Origin: Fibrobacterales bacterium
GTDB lineage: Bacteria > Fibrobacterota > Fibrobacteria > Fibrobacterales > JAOPTW01
Direction of reading: 5' to 3'
Length of the DNA: 64,000 nucleotides
Assembly (NCBI GenBank): GCA_051532055.1
Contig: JAOPTX010000015.1
Coordinates: 60,173-124,172, forward strand
Below the pieces are notes generated by a model. That model saw only the letters and a program-made list of their open reading frames with translations. It did no database searches and had not been told where the DNA came from. Made by a program: the position numbers and the translations under genes. Shown piece by piece: positions 50,712-61,789 of this stretch. Position 1 is the stretch's first letter; every line of letters begins with the position of its first letter.

Positions 50712-51116
50712 ATGAAGATTTTGATTGTTGATGATAGCTTTGTAAGTAGAAAATTGTTAAAGGTTATACTTGCGTCATTGGGAGATTGTGATTTTGCTTC
50801 TAATGGTAATGAAGCTGTAGAGGCAGTAACCTTAGCGTACTCAGAAAAGACTCCCTATGACCTTATTTGTCTGGATGTAATGATGCCTGAGGTTGATGGC
50901 CATGAAGCCCTCAAAAGAATTCGTGAGCATGAAGAGGAAATTGCGGTCGACATTGCCCATGGTGTTAAAGTTATTATGATAACGGCAATGGATGATGAGG
51001 GAAGTATCTTTCAAGCATTTAGATCTGGGTGTGAGATGTATATTTTAAAGCCTATAGAATCATCTAAGATAATTGAAGCAGTGCAAGAACTTGGCCTTAC
51101 CGTGGATAAGCCTTAA
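50712..51116 (+). CDS. Single-domain CheY-like response regulator
   Basis: ILIVDD, LDVMMP..DG, ITA and KP motifs; TTGCAT-18-TATAAT upstream. Confidence 0.92.
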   Translation: MKILIVDDSFVSRKLLKVILASLGDCDFASNGNEAVEAVTLAYSEKTPYDLICLDVMMPEVDGHEALKRIREHEEEIAVDIAHGVKVIMITAMDDEGSIFQAFRSGCEMYILKPIESSKIIEAVQELGLTVDKP

Positions 51117-51161
51117 ATATTTGTATTATCTAATTTAAATTCTTAGTAAAAAATGATTGTA

Positions 51162-53006
51162 TTATATTGCTTGCATAAGGTCAAATACCAGTCGCTGTGA
51201 TTCCCATGGTTCTTTGTCAAAAGGTTTTGAAAAGTCAGTTTTAAACGAGTAGTCAAGTCTGATGGTAAGTACCTGAATTTTATATCGGAGACCTAAGCCA
51301 AGAGCAGCACCTATAGTTGCAGAATTATTTCTTCGTGGGTCCCAGACAGTAGCCCAATCGAAATATGGAACAAGTTGAGTGTTTTTCAATGCTGAAAATG
51401 GTGGAGTTAGTCTTACTTCAGCAGCACTTCTCACATAAGATGGTTGTTTGACTTCTTCGTCATCTTCCGAAGGGTTAATAGGGATTTTTGGGTATATCGC
51501 ACCTACTTCAATCCCTCGTACTGATTTGTCCCCACCTTGGAAGTAACTTCTAAAATCATCAGAATTCGATGATTTATTAAAAAACCTACCATAGTCCAAT
51601 GCAGCTGAAAGTTGTACATATTTTGAAATTCGTTTATACCATTTACTCTCTATGGAGGAGTATGTATATCTATTATCAAAGTCAAACTCCCCACCATTAC
51701 CAATGGTATAAATAAATCGAGCTCCATTTTCAGGTGATATAGGGAGATCGACAAAATCAAAAAATGCAAAAGATTCAAATTTAATAGTAAGTTCATCAGC
51801 CTTTGGGTCACCATCAACAACAAGTTTCAATTGGTTTTTTAGTTTGACCTGACCTTTCAGTCGTACATATTCAGAAAGTCGTCGAGATAATGAGCCACGG
51901 TTCTGTATAATAAATGATTCTCTAGAAGTAAGAGTTGATCGGCTAAAGTCGACGAGTGAGTCTTTTTGAATAGAAACTTCATTTTCGAAACGAATAGGGT
52001 TATTAAAAAAGAGCGGGTTTGCATATCCAATTGCAGCCCGTTGTTTATTTTGTGCATAGGTAATACTACTCCATCCCTCGTGAAACCTACCGAAGAAATT
52101 TCTATACCTGACTTCTCCTGTTGTACCCAGGCCATAAATGCGTTCATAAAAGAGTCGCAGTTTCAATGAGCCCGGTACTTTCTCTACGGTACTGAGATAA
52201 ATTGTTGAGAGTTCGTCAGAATCATTTTGTTTCAGAGAATCTTTGAGAGTGACCTGCGAAAAAAGCCTTGTTGAGAGCAGGTTGAGACGAAAAACATCAA
52301 GGTAGTTATTGTTAATTATTTCACCGGGTTGTTTCTCCCAAAGGGAAGTAAGAAACTCTTTTGAGGTAAAGCCCTTCACATTTTTAGAGGCCTCTTTGTA
52401 TGAAAGTCCTCGTCTATTAGTGATTTCTAGTGAACCAAATTTAACGAGGGAGCCAGGAGTAACTCGGTAAATTAGAGCGATAGTACTTTTTATGGTATCA
52501 ACAAGAAGAAAATGTTGAGCAGCAATATGGAGATAGCCATTTTCTCTGTATCGTCGAGTAATGAGAGAGAGGTCATCAACAATGTCATTTTGATTATAGA
52601 GTTTAAGGGGGTAGACTGAAAAGTCTTCATATTGAATGAGGAGTTTTGCACTGTCTGGAATATCAAGTTCAATGTTAGAATATTTAAATACTTCACCTTC
52701 ACGAATGGTGACAATATGAGACTTGGCAGTCGATGGGGCTATTGTGGTATCACTTAAGGTAACAGAACAATTGAAGTAACCATGTTCATTGTAGGTGTTC
52801 TCTAGGTTGGCTCTACTCAGTGTGAGAAATAATTTTTGACGTGAGTCTTGCCCAGAAAGTGATGTGGAGAACTCTTCTGGTAGGTTCATGACCTCTTGTA
52901 CTTGCATGGTTGAAAAATAAGTATTGCCCTTTATGATAACTTGTTCATATTGGGCATGAGAGCAAAAGTAGAGTGCGAAAATGAGTAGAATTATTTTAAT
53001 CATCAC
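51162..53006 (-). CDS. Omp85/TamA-family outer membrane protein
   Basis: POTRA-like repeats (Y...GY), GGDKSVRG and GLGLRY...IRLD motifs. Confidence 0.82.
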   Translation of the reverse strand: MMIKIILLIFALYFCSHAQYEQVIIKGNTYFSTMQVQEVMNLPEEFSTSLSGQDSRQKLFLTLSRANLENTYNEHGYFNCSVTLSDTTIAPSTAKSHIVTIREGEVFKYSNIELDIPDSAKLLIQYEDFSVYPLKLYNQNDIVDDLSLITRRYRENGYLHIAAQHFLLVDTIKSTIALIYRVTPGSLVKFGSLEITNRRGLSYKEASKNVKGFTSKEFLTSLWEKQPGEIINNNYLDVFRLNLLSTRLFSQVTLKDSLKQNDSDELSTIYLSTVEKVPGSLKLRLFYERIYGLGTTGEVRYRNFFGRFHEGWSSITYAQNKQRAAIGYANPLFFNNPIRFENEVSIQKDSLVDFSRSTLTSRESFIIQNRGSLSRRLSEYVRLKGQVKLKNQLKLVVDGDPKADELTIKFESFAFFDFVDLPISPENGARFIYTIGNGGEFDFDNRYTYSSIESKWYKRISKYVQLSAALDYGRFFNKSSNSDDFRSYFQGGDKSVRGIEVGAIYPKIPINPSEDDEEVKQPSYVRSAAEVRLTPPFSALKNTQLVPYFDWATVWDPRRNNSATIGAALGLGLRYKIQVLTIRLDYSFKTDFSKPFDKEPWESQRLVFDLMQAI

Positions 53007-56000
53007 AATTTCCTATATTCCAAAAACACCATGACCAGAAATGATAGTTGTAACTAATACCGGCACTGGGGATGTACTCATCTTTTGTTGCTGACTCATC
53101 AAAGCCATCTGTCTTTTCGGGGTCATCAATGTTGGTGTCCCACGAGACTTCTCCATCGAGTGAGAGGTAGCCTTTTGAGGGCGATTCAGGAGTTTTATCA
53201 CTACTGTTATCGAGAACGGGTAATATATAATAGCTTCCTACTACTTTGGGGTTTTGCGTTCCAGAATTATTAAATGTATATCCTGCAAACAGAGAAAGGT
53301 CGGGACTTTCAAGTGGGTAGAGTGTTGCTTTTATAGTAGCGCCTTCATCAGTATATTTTAGGTCTAATTCAGTATTGAGTTGTTCTTTAATTTTGGGGTT
53401 TATCCATTTTTTCCCTTCGCGAACGGCTAGGTTAATAATGTCGTTTGTGCCAATTTCATCAAAGCTACTTGCACAGTCAGCCATAAGTGTAGCAAATAGA
53501 CTGCTTGCAGAAAAGTCAGACTGTTGTTGATGGCAAGCATCGGATGCAGTATGGCTGAGTTCCAAATTATTTATTTCTCCTTTGATAGACATAGAGATAT
53601 TACACTTGTCTTCATTGTCTTTATCTTGTAGAAGGTCAGTCTGTTGACATTGCTCAAAATACTTGTTAAAATCAACAGTAACTTGGCCTTCACTAATACG
53701 CTGATTATCCCATTTGACCATAACATTAGTTATTTCATAATTGGCATCAAGAAAGGTTAGGTTACCATTGTCAATTGATGTGATGTCACCAGATAGAATA
53801 GGGGAAATTGTCGTTCCTCGTATGGATAAATTGACGGTGTAGGGGAAGGTGGGATAATTTGTTTTTACCCAGAGGGAGTCAGTACCTTCATCTGAAATAG
53901 AAACATCAAGGTCGATAGGATAAAGACTGTTGTTCTCTTGCCTTTGATTTGCAGTTGCCTGTATAAATCGCTGAATATTAAAAACATCAGAAATACCAAG
54001 TTCTGGGAAGTTTTGTTGTTCGTAGATTATTTTCCGAGCATTTGCACTGCCGCTGATTAGATGGTTTTCTTCTGCATCGCCACTTTTGTGTATTGGTATT
54101 ACATAGGATAGATTGATATCACTTAAAATACTTTTAGTTTTGCCATAAGTAGGGTCATTGTAATAATAGGAGCTCTCTTCACTTTGGAGGGCGATGAAGG
54201 GGTAGCTCTCGTCGGGTGTGTAGGAACCAGTTACCTTTTCCATTACGACAAAGTGGCTATCAGTCATTGGATAAGTAAATGACCGGGATGCAAAGGTCAA
54301 ACCGGTCAAAAATTGTGAAGCAAAAATATTGCCATCAAGGGTGAACTTCAATGATTCGCCCACGTGATTAATGAGAATTCCATTTGGAATAGAAACAATA
54401 GAATCTTGTAAATTTAAGTCAAAAGAGAAAGGGAAGAAGTATTCTCCATTTTGTGTATAGTTACCTGAAGCATTATTCAGTGTGACCTTGGGTAAGTGAG
54501 TCTCGTTATTTAAGGTAGAACTAAATGTCGCTTGGATATCACTCTCAGTGACCTGTCCTATGGAGTTGGGGAGGGCCCATGGGCCGTTGATAGAAAAATC
54601 ACCAGTAATATTTTGTTGAGAATCTATTGTGCTATTCAAAACAAAGAGTCCACCTTTATCAGGAACAATTGCACAGGAAAGCTTTTTTTGATCTCCAAAA
54701 ATAGATTGTATATCAATAGCTAATTCACTGTCCCATTGATTGAGTTGTCCCATCTTTATCCTTGCAGACACTTGTAACTTATCATTGAAGCCATCTACGG
54801 TTATACGAGGAACAGAGAATAACTCTGAAGGGTAGTTTTTTAAGGTAATATCTTGAAAACGAAGCGAGCCGTCAACACCAGATTTGTTCGAATAGGAACT
54901 TGAGCCATTAAGAGTACCTGACGTTATTGCGCCATCGAGAAATGCATCAGAAAAAGTGGTTAAGTCAAAATTATCTACTTGTATGGCTCCTTCAACGAGA
55001 GAGAGATTCAAGAAGTTTCCATTGGGGTTGTCGGCTATCCCATTGAGATTGAGGGTATTTGACTTATGAGTTATAGTGAGTTCTGTAATGCCAACGGAAT
55101 CTCTAAAGAAGTCAACTTTAGAGGCGAGGTAAAGAGGTGCATTGTTGACAATTGTTTGATAGAGGACTGTAGCACTTCCTGTGGTATCATAGGATTTCAT
55201 AATCCAAGTACCTGTGATTGATCCACCAAATGGTGCCAATAGGGCGGTATCAACAAGGGGGATTTGTTTAAGAGTAAGTTCAGATACTGTAATACTATAA
55301 TTGGCATCAAAGTCGGAATAAAATTGAGCAGAGCCATTGCCATCAGTTATTACTTCTACTTTAACAAATTGATCATAGTCTACCCAAGACACTTCGCCTT
55401 TGAATTGGTATCGGGAAGTTCCAGAGACAAAGCGAGAATCATAAAACTGTAATCCTTCGGAATCAATGGTAAAGTTACAGGCCATAAAGTCAGCATAGGT
55501 GTTGTATGTATAGGGAGTGGACGTGTGTACTGAAATATTGGCGGCACCTTCAAAAAAGTGCCCAGTAATTCGCGAAGGCCTAATTTTAATATTGTCTTGT
55601 GTCCATGCAAGGGCCCAAGGTTCTTCAGGGTTAACTGATGCTTCGAAAATAATATCCGGGCGTCCTTTAGTGTCAATAATCATTTGACCGGTAATGAGGC
55701 TTTTAGTAGGAGTGAGTACTGAGAAATCATATTTTGATTTAGAGATATCTCCAGAGAAAAGAATTGAAGGGCTATCCATGGTTTGAGTAATTGAACCAAA
55801 TTCGATAGTACTCCCCCGTATTGAGGCTTTAATCGCAAGGTCATTATTTTCAACACTTCCATCGAGATCAATAGACTCACCTTTTGAGCCTTTGCCCGCA
55901 AGGGTGAAAAGTACAGTATCAGGCAATAGGGAAACGGTGCCATTCCAAGATGTTCCTGTTGCTGGCCAGTAGGCAGTAGTATTCAATGAGGTGGAGAGTA

Positions 56001-56817
56001 CTCCGGTAACTAATAAATTTCTCGCATCAAATTGTAATGCACCCTCAAACTGTATGTCATAAAGACTGTCAAGAATATCGGGGAGGTAGGGAATTAATTT
56101 TGGAGTGAGTTTTAGGAGTTGCTCACGTTTATGGAGGAGGCCATTGGTTTCAAAGGTAAAGAGTTTCATATTGGTTTTAGGGCTCGTTGCTGAAGCGTTG
56201 ACATATGTTGCCTCTGAGTGCATGGCTCCAGTATATCGCACTACTCTTTCGTCATTCCAGCTCATTTGCCCTTCGAGGGACCCGGAATAGAAGTTCGTGT
56301 GGGCGTTGAGTGAGTCGGCTGTTGCTATAAGTGTTTTGGCATTCAGGTTTTCAGCTTGAGTTCCATATATTGAGATAGTATCCGATCCATTAAAAATTTG
56401 GAAAAAAGGAACACTTGCTTTACAATGAAGAGGGATAGAAAAATCGGGTAATGGAGTTTCACTTGTGAGGTAGTTGCTATCAATGGTCGATGATGTTATA
56501 TCGAGAAAACCATGAGGACTTTCTAAGGAAACGAATGGTTGCCCACCAAAGCCAAACGAGAGTGGTGTAATGTGTGCAACAGGCTTGTCAATAGTAAGGA
56601 GTAAGTCAGGACCGGTAACCATAAATGCTTCAGCAGTAAAACTGAGGAGTGATGTAAATTGGAAATGATCTGCGGTGATAGTATATTCACCAATAGTTAC
56701 AGGATCCTTAAGGCGTTTAGTGACCCAAGTTTTCAATACAAAGGGAGAAAGCAGGAGAACCAATAAAACAACAAGTTTTATTGATAAGAGTGTTTTGACA
56801 ATAGGATTTTGAATCAT
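52996..56817 (-). CDS. TamB/AsmA-like large beta-taco protein
   Basis: N-terminal anchor, 1273 aa beta-rich, LSIRGT...P.LSG motif; overlaps the TamA-like gene. Confidence 0.65.
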   Translation of the reverse strand: MIQNPIVKTLLSIKLVVLLVLLLSPFVLKTWVTKRLKDPVTIGEYTITADHFQFTSLLSFTAEAFMVTGPDLLLTIDKPVAHITPLSFGFGGQPFVSLESPHGFLDITSSTIDSNYLTSETPLPDFSIPLHCKASVPFFQIFNGSDTISIYGTQAENLNAKTLIATADSLNAHTNFYSGSLEGQMSWNDERVVRYTGAMHSEATYVNASATSPKTNMKLFTFETNGLLHKREQLLKLTPKLIPYLPDILDSLYDIQFEGALQFDARNLLVTGVLSTSLNTTAYWPATGTSWNGTVSLLPDTVLFTLAGKGSKGESIDLDGSVENNDLAIKASIRGSTIEFGSITQTMDSPSILFSGDISKSKYDFSVLTPTKSLITGQMIIDTKGRPDIIFEASVNPEEPWALAWTQDNIKIRPSRITGHFFEGAANISVHTSTPYTYNTYADFMACNFTIDSEGLQFYDSRFVSGTSRYQFKGEVSWVDYDQFVKVEVITDGNGSAQFYSDFDANYSITVSELTLKQIPLVDTALLAPFGGSITGTWIMKSYDTTGSATVLYQTIVNNAPLYLASKVDFFRDSVGITELTITHKSNTLNLNGIADNPNGNFLNLSLVEGAIQVDNFDLTTFSDAFLDGAITSGTLNGSSSYSNKSGVDGSLRFQDITLKNYPSELFSVPRITVDGFNDKLQVSARIKMGQLNQWDSELAIDIQSIFGDQKKLSCAIVPDKGGLFVLNSTIDSQQNITGDFSINGPWALPNSIGQVTESDIQATFSSTLNNETHLPKVTLNNASGNYTQNGEYFFPFSFDLNLQDSIVSIPNGILINHVGESLKFTLDGNIFASQFLTGLTFASRSFTYPMTDSHFVVMEKVTGSYTPDESYPFIALQSEESSYYYNDPTYGKTKSILSDINLSYVIPIHKSGDAEENHLISGSANARKIIYEQQNFPELGISDVFNIQRFIQATANQRQENNSLYPIDLDVSISDEGTDSLWVKTNYPTFPYTVNLSIRGTTISPILSGDITSIDNGNLTFLDANYEITNVMVKWDNQRISEGQVTVDFNKYFEQCQQTDLLQDKDNEDKCNISMSIKGEINNLELSHTASDACHQQQSDFSASSLFATLMADCASSFDEIGTNDIINLAVREGKKWINPKIKEQLNTELDLKYTDEGATIKATLYPLESPDLSLFAGYTFNNSGTQNPKVVGSYYILPVLDNSSDKTPESPSKGYLSLDGEVSWDTNIDDPEKTDGFDESATKDEYIPSAGISYNYHFWSWCFWNIGNCDD

Positions 56818-56967
56818 CTAACGCTCATTGCTGTCCATAGTTCTACAACCAATTACATGCATTCTGTGCTGCTTCAAATGTAGTAATTTCTGATCTGAGA
56901 AGCTCTTATGGCATCTTATCTCTGCGAAAATTATATATTTCTAAATGGACCTTCTGCTCAGTAATAC

Positions 56968-57264
56968 ATGTATCCTCAGCAACAAAAAAGAAAAAAGCTT
57001 CCTCCGTTCTTAGCAATAGCACTCATGCATGAGCAGGGTGAAGAGGCTCCACCCAAGGTGATAGCTAGTGGGAAAGGGCTCATTGCTGAGCAGATGGTTG
57101 CAATTGCCAAAGAAGAAGATATCCCAATCCAAAAAGATGATGCGATGGCAGAAATGCTAAGTGAGCTGGAAATTGATGATTATATTCCCCCAGAGCTTTT
57201 TGAAGGTGTAGCAAAAGTATTGGCATTCATTTATAAAATCGACCGTAAAGTTGGCATGACTTAA
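56968..57264 (+). CDS. Stand-alone FlhB/EscU cytoplasmic-domain protein (FlhX-like)
   Basis: AIAL....AP.VIASGKG..AE.....AKE..IPI..D...IPPELF..VA.VLAFIY motif. Confidence 0.88.
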   Translation: MYPQQQKRKKLPPFLAIALMHEQGEEAPPKVIASGKGLIAEQMVAIAKEEDIPIQKDDAMAEMLSELEIDDYIPPELFEGVAKVLAFIYKIDRKVGMT

Positions 57265-57429
57265 AAGGCGTAATAAGATCAAATAAACAATTATCCGACT
57301 TATAATGAAACCATTCCATTTATGAGAAAAATGTATAACTTTGGGCTGAACAAATCCAATGTTGGATTAAATTCCGGAAATCCTAAAATTATACTAGTTT
57401 TCAAACATATCATAAGCTTTGGAGTGTAT

Positions 57430-57888
57430 ATGGGGTCGAATAGAGATGAGTCAACCTTTGTAATGATTAAGCCGAATGGCGTGAAGAATGGATTAGTTGG
57501 CCAAATAATTGACCGCTACCAAAAAGCACGTCTTGCGATCGCTGCAATTGACATAAAAAAAATGAGTCGTGATGAAGCGGCAAATTTTTACTCAGAACAC
57601 AAGGGACGACCATTTTTTGACTCGCTTCTTGATTTTATGGCGGCAGAACCAGTAATTCAAATGGTTCTGCATGGCGAAAATGCTATTGAAGCTGTTCGCA
57701 AAATTAATGGTGCTACCAACCCTGATGAGGCTGAACCAGGTACAATACGATACGATTTTGCCCCTGGGGTTACTTTTAATGTTGTGCATGCATCTGATAG
57801 CGTAGAAAGTGCACAAAGAGAGATTGGGATTTGGTTTAAAGATGAAAATATGGTTTATTATGAACCAAAAAGTTTTATAACAACATAA
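57430..57888 (+). CDS. ndk: Nucleoside-diphosphate kinase
   Basis: MIKP.GV, Y.EH, GATNP..A.PGTIR and NVVHASDS motifs; ATG 57430 follows GGAG. Confidence 0.96.
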   Translation: MGSNRDESTFVMIKPNGVKNGLVGQIIDRYQKARLAIAAIDIKKMSRDEAANFYSEHKGRPFFDSLLDFMAAEPVIQMVLHGENAIEAVRKINGATNPDEAEPGTIRYDFAPGVTFNVVHASDSVESAQREIGIWFKDENMVYYEPKSFITT

Positions 57889-57896
57889 GGAAACAC

Positions 57897-58592
57897 ATGG
57901 AAGCAACGAAAAAAAGTAGTGTTGCCTGGATAGGCACATATCTGACCTCGTCCGTAGGCAAAAAACAGATAATGGCTGTTACAGGTCTAGTATGGATAGG
58001 GTTTCTCCTTAATCACATGGCGGGTAATATACCACTCATGTTTAGTGAGGAGGCATTTAATCGAGTTGCATATTTTTATGCATCAAATAAAATCCTAATG
58101 TATGGTGGTGAACTAGTACTTGGGTCTTTTATTCTTATTCACATACTTCTAGCAATTACTACTTGGGTACAAAATAGAAAGGCACGTCCTGTTCGCTATG
58201 ATGTTGTGAAACATTCTAGCGATGCTGGTATTGCTTCTTATACGATGATTTATACTGGTGTTATTATGGCAGTATTTCTTGTACTCCATATAAAAGCAAT
58301 CAAATATGGCGATATGGGTATGGTTACCTATGACGGTGTTGAGATGGCAAATATGTATGCCCTCGCTGCAAGCCTTTTTGCTGACTGGACTTTTTCACTC
58401 TTTTATGCTGTTGCAATGGTAATGGTTGGACTTCATGTCTCTCATGCACTTCAATCAGCGGCCCAAACATTTGGATTGAATCACTCAAAATATTGGGGAA
58501 TAATTCAAGGGTCGTCTAAGGCTCTTGGTTTGATTATTGGACTTGGAAATATTACTATCACAACCGTTATGTTTATACAAGGAGCGAAATAA
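57897..58592 (+). CDS. sdhC: Succinate dehydrogenase/fumarate reductase cytochrome b subunit
   Basis: SSVGKK.IMA.TG, H..GN, five TMs with His ligands. Confidence 0.92.
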   Translation: MEATKKSSVAWIGTYLTSSVGKKQIMAVTGLVWIGFLLNHMAGNIPLMFSEEAFNRVAYFYASNKILMYGGELVLGSFILIHILLAITTWVQNRKARPVRYDVVKHSSDAGIASYTMIYTGVIMAVFLVLHIKAIKYGDMGMVTYDGVEMANMYALAASLFADWTFSLFYAVAMVMVGLHVSHALQSAAQTFGLNHSKYWGIIQGSSKALGLIIGLGNITITTVMFIQGAK

Positions 58593-60505
58593 TGCCATTG
58601 AACAATAGAGTTCCTGAAGGATCCATTGAAGATAAGTGGACCAAACATAAATTTAATATGAAGCTGGTCAATCCGTCAAATCGTCGCAAATATAAAGTAC
58701 TCGTTGTGGGTACTGGTCTTGCAGGTGCATCGGGTGCCGCCTCTCTTGCTGAGATGGGTTATACTGTGGAGACATTTTGCTATCAAGATAGTCCTCGCCG
58801 TGCCCATAGTATTGCTGCTCAAGGTGGTATTAACTCAGCCAAAAATTATCCTAATGATGGTGATAGTGTCTATCGCCTCTTTTACGATACCGTTAAAGGG
58901 GGGGACTACCGTGCTCGTGAAGCAAACGTGTATCGTCTTGCTGAAATTAGTACGAGTATTATTGACCAATGTGTTGCTCAAGGGGTTCCTTTTGCACGTG
59001 ACTACGCTGGACAACTCGATAACCGTTCATTTGGTGGCGCACAGGTTTCACGAACCTTTTATGCTCGTGGCCAAACAGGACAACAGCTTCTTATTGGCGC
59101 TTATCAGTCATTGTCACGCCAAATTGGTAAAGGTGCTATTAAACACCATTCACGTATTGAAATGCAAGACCTTGTTGTCGTGGATGGAAAAGCACGTGGA
59201 ATTATTACCCGTCACATGGAAACTGGAGAGCTCGAAGCACATTGGGGTGATGCAGTAGTACTTGGAACTGGTGGCTATGGTAATGTATACTATCTTTCTA
59301 CTAATGCAATGGGCTGTAATGTAACGGCTACCTGGCGCGCCCACAAACGTGGTGCCTATTTTGCTAACCCATGTTACACACAGATTCACCCAACCTGCAT
59401 ACCAGTAAGTGGTGAGCACCAATCAAAACTCACCCTTATGTCTGAGTCTCTCAGAAATGATGGACGTATTTGGGTTCCTAAAAAGAAAGGTGATAGTCGA
59501 AAAGCAATTGATATTCCAGAAGAAGAGCGTAATTACTATCTCGAAGAGAAGTATCCGTCTTTTGGAAACCTAGTACCTCGCGATGTTGCATCACGAAATG
59601 CAAAGATTGTGTGTGATGAAGGATATGGTGTTGGCCCAGGTGGACTTGGTGTCTATCTTGATTTTGCTGATGCCATCGAACGTTACGGCGAAGATGTGAT
59701 CAGAGAAAAATATGGAAACCTCCTTCACATGTATGCAAAGATCACTGCTGAAGACCCTTATAAAGAGCCAATGAGAATTTATCCAGCAATCCATTACACA
59801 ATGGGTGGGCTTTGGGTTGATTATCATTTGCAGAGTAATATTGAAGGGCTTTTTGTTATTGGTGAAGCAAATTTCTCAGATCACGGTGCAAATCGCCTTG
59901 GTGCGAGTGCATTAATGCAAGGTCTTTCTGATGGGTATTTTGTTCTTCCTTATACTCTTGGTGATTATCTCGCAAACTCAGATCTTAAGAAAATTGATGA
60001 AACTGCACCTGAATTTGTTCAAGCAATGGCAGATACAAAAGAGCGAATAGAATCACTCTTTGCTATTGGCGGAACGAAAACTCCAAATGATTTCCACAAA
60101 CGTCTGGGGAAAATCATGTGGGATAAATGTGGTATGGCTCGAAGTAAAGAAGGACTTGAATCTGCTGTTGAAGAGATCAAATCACTTCGTGATGAATTCT
60201 GGTCAGAGCTCAAAATGGTTGGTGAAAAAAATGGGGCGAATCCTATCGTTGAACTTGCCCTAAGAGTTGCAGACTTCTTAGAATTTGGTGAACTCCTTGT
60301 ACGTGATGCGCTTAACCGTGAAGAATCGTGCGGTGGACATTTTCGTGAAGAGTCACAAACTAAAGAAAATGAAGCGAAACGTAATGATGATAAGTTTGCC
60401 TATGTTGCAGCATGGGAATTTAAAGGGGTGGGTGAGAAGCCTGAACTTCATAAAGAAGACCTTACTTTTGATTATGTAAAATTCTCTCAAAGGAGCTATA
60501 AATAA
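58592..60505 (+). CDS. sdhA: Succinate dehydrogenase/fumarate reductase flavoprotein
   Basis: [31 protein letters not shown] and HGANRLG motifs. Confidence 0.96.
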   Translation: MPLNNRVPEGSIEDKWTKHKFNMKLVNPSNRRKYKVLVVGTGLAGASGAASLAEMGYTVETFCYQDSPRRAHSIAAQGGINSAKNYPNDGDSVYRLFYDTVKGGDYRAREANVYRLAEISTSIIDQCVAQGVPFARDYAGQLDNRSFGGAQVSRTFYARGQTGQQLLIGAYQSLSRQIGKGAIKHHSRIEMQDLVVVDGKARGIITRHMETGELEAHWGDAVVLGTGGYGNVYYLSTNAMGCNVTATWRAHKRGAYFANPCYTQIHPTCIPVSGEHQSKLTLMSESLRNDGRIWVPKKKGDSRKAIDIPEEERNYYLEEKYPSFGNLVPRDVASRNAKIVCDEGYGVGPGGLGVYLDFADAIERYGEDVIREKYGNLLHMYAKITAEDPYKEPMRIYPAIHYTMGGLWVDYHLQSNIEGLFVIGEANFSDHGANRLGASALMQGLSDGYFVLPYTLGDYLANSDLKKIDETAPEFVQAMADTKERIESLFAIGGTKTPNDFHKRLGKIMWDKCGMARSKEGLESAVEEIKSLRDEFWSELKMVGEKNGANPIVELALRVADFLEFGELLVRDALNREESCGGHFREESQTKENEAKRNDDKFAYVAAWEFKGVGEKPELHKEDLTFDYVKFSQRSYK

Positions 60506-61272
60506 TGAGTGCTACAATGAATCTCAAACTTAAAATATGGCGCCAAAAAGACAAAAACTCAAAAGGGAAATTTGAAGCATATGAAGCTAAAAATATCTCA
60601 CCCGATATGTCTTTTCTTGAGATGCTTGACGAAGTGAATGAAGACCAAATCAAAACTGGTCAAGATGTCATAAAATTTGATGATGACTGTCGTGAAGGTA
60701 TCTGTGGTATGTGTAGTCTGTATATTAATGGACGGCCTCATGGGCCAGAAAGTGGTACTACAGTGTGTCAGCTCCACATGAGAAGCTTTAATGATGGTGA
60801 TATTATTGTAATTGAGCCGTGGAGAAGCGCTGCATTTCCTGCTTTTAAAGATCTCGCTGTTGATCGTTCTGCTTTTGATAGAGTGATACAAGCGGGTGGT
60901 TTTGTGTCAGTTAATACTGGTAATGCACCGTTAGCTGAAAACATTCCAATACCAAAACCTGATGCGGACAAAGCATTTGATGCTGCTGCATGTATTGGGT
61001 GTGGTGCGTGTGTTGCAGGATGCCCAAATGCATCAGCAATGCTTTTTGTTGCAGCCAAAGTTTCTCACCTTGCGTTGGTTCCTCAGGGTAAAGTCGAGAA
61101 AAAAGAACGTGTTCAAAGCATGATTGCCCAAATGGATGCAGAAGGATTTGGTAATTGCACAAACACTTATGAGTGTGAAGCGTCATGTCCGAAAGAGATC
61201 TCTGTTGATAATATTTCACGTATGAACCGTGAGTATCTTATGGCAACATTGACATCAGGCATAAAAAGCTAG
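60505..61272 (+). CDS. sdhB: Succinate dehydrogenase/fumarate reductase Fe-S subunit
   Basis: [21 protein letters not shown] and [12 protein letters not shown] motifs. Confidence 0.96.
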   Translation: MSATMNLKLKIWRQKDKNSKGKFEAYEAKNISPDMSFLEMLDEVNEDQIKTGQDVIKFDDDCREGICGMCSLYINGRPHGPESGTTVCQLHMRSFNDGDIIVIEPWRSAAFPAFKDLAVDRSAFDRVIQAGGFVSVNTGNAPLAENIPIPKPDADKAFDAAACIGCGACVAGCPNASAMLFVAAKVSHLALVPQGKVEKKERVQSMIAQMDAEGFGNCTNTYECEASCPKEISVDNISRMNREYLMATLTSGIKS

Positions 61273-61273
61273 T

Positions 61274-61789
61274 ATGCCAAATATTATTGGCTATAATGGT
61301 AATGAGCCAGTCCTTGGTGAGGGAGTATTTCTTGCCAAGGGTTCTCATATCATCGGAGCTGTTAAAATAGGGACCGATTCGTCGGTCTTTTTTAATGCAG
61401 TGCTTAGAGCTGATATTAATTCTATTACTATTGGTGATCGTTCCAATATACAAGATAATTGCACATTACATCTCTCAAATTCCCATGGGGTAAGTGTGGG
61501 AGATGAGGTAACCATCGGTCATAACGTAGTGCTTCATGCTTGTGAAATCAAAAATAATGTGACAGTAGGTATGAGTGCCACAATTATGGATCGTTCTATT
61601 ATTAGTGAAGATTCAATTGTAGCAGCAGGGGCACTTATTCCTCCAGGGAAATCATTTCCACCTGGAGTATTAATTGTTGGTGCTCCCGGTAGGGCGATTC
61701 GAAAGCTCACCGAAGAAGAGATCAAGGCCAACAGAGCTATGGCACTTAAATATGTTGATGTGAAAAACAGTTATTTGGGAAGAAGGTGA
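61274..61789 (+). CDS. Gamma carbonic anhydrase family protein
   Basis: VLRAD, NIQD...LH and IGH...LH motifs; hexapeptide repeats. Confidence 0.92.
   Translation: MPNIIGYNGNEPVLGEGVFLAKGSHIIGAVKIGTDSSVFFNAVLRADINSITIGDRSNIQDNCTLHLSNSHGVSVGDEVTIGHNVVLHACEIKNNVTVGMSATIMDRSIISEDSIVAAGALIPPGKSFPPGVLIVGAPGRAIRKLTEEEIKANRAMALKYVDVKNSYLGRR

Noticed and set aside
58704..59258. 184-aa alternative-frame ORF inside sdhA, and other short nested ORFs in the track
   Set aside because: They overlap well-conserved genes, have no motifs, and are explained by codon bias.
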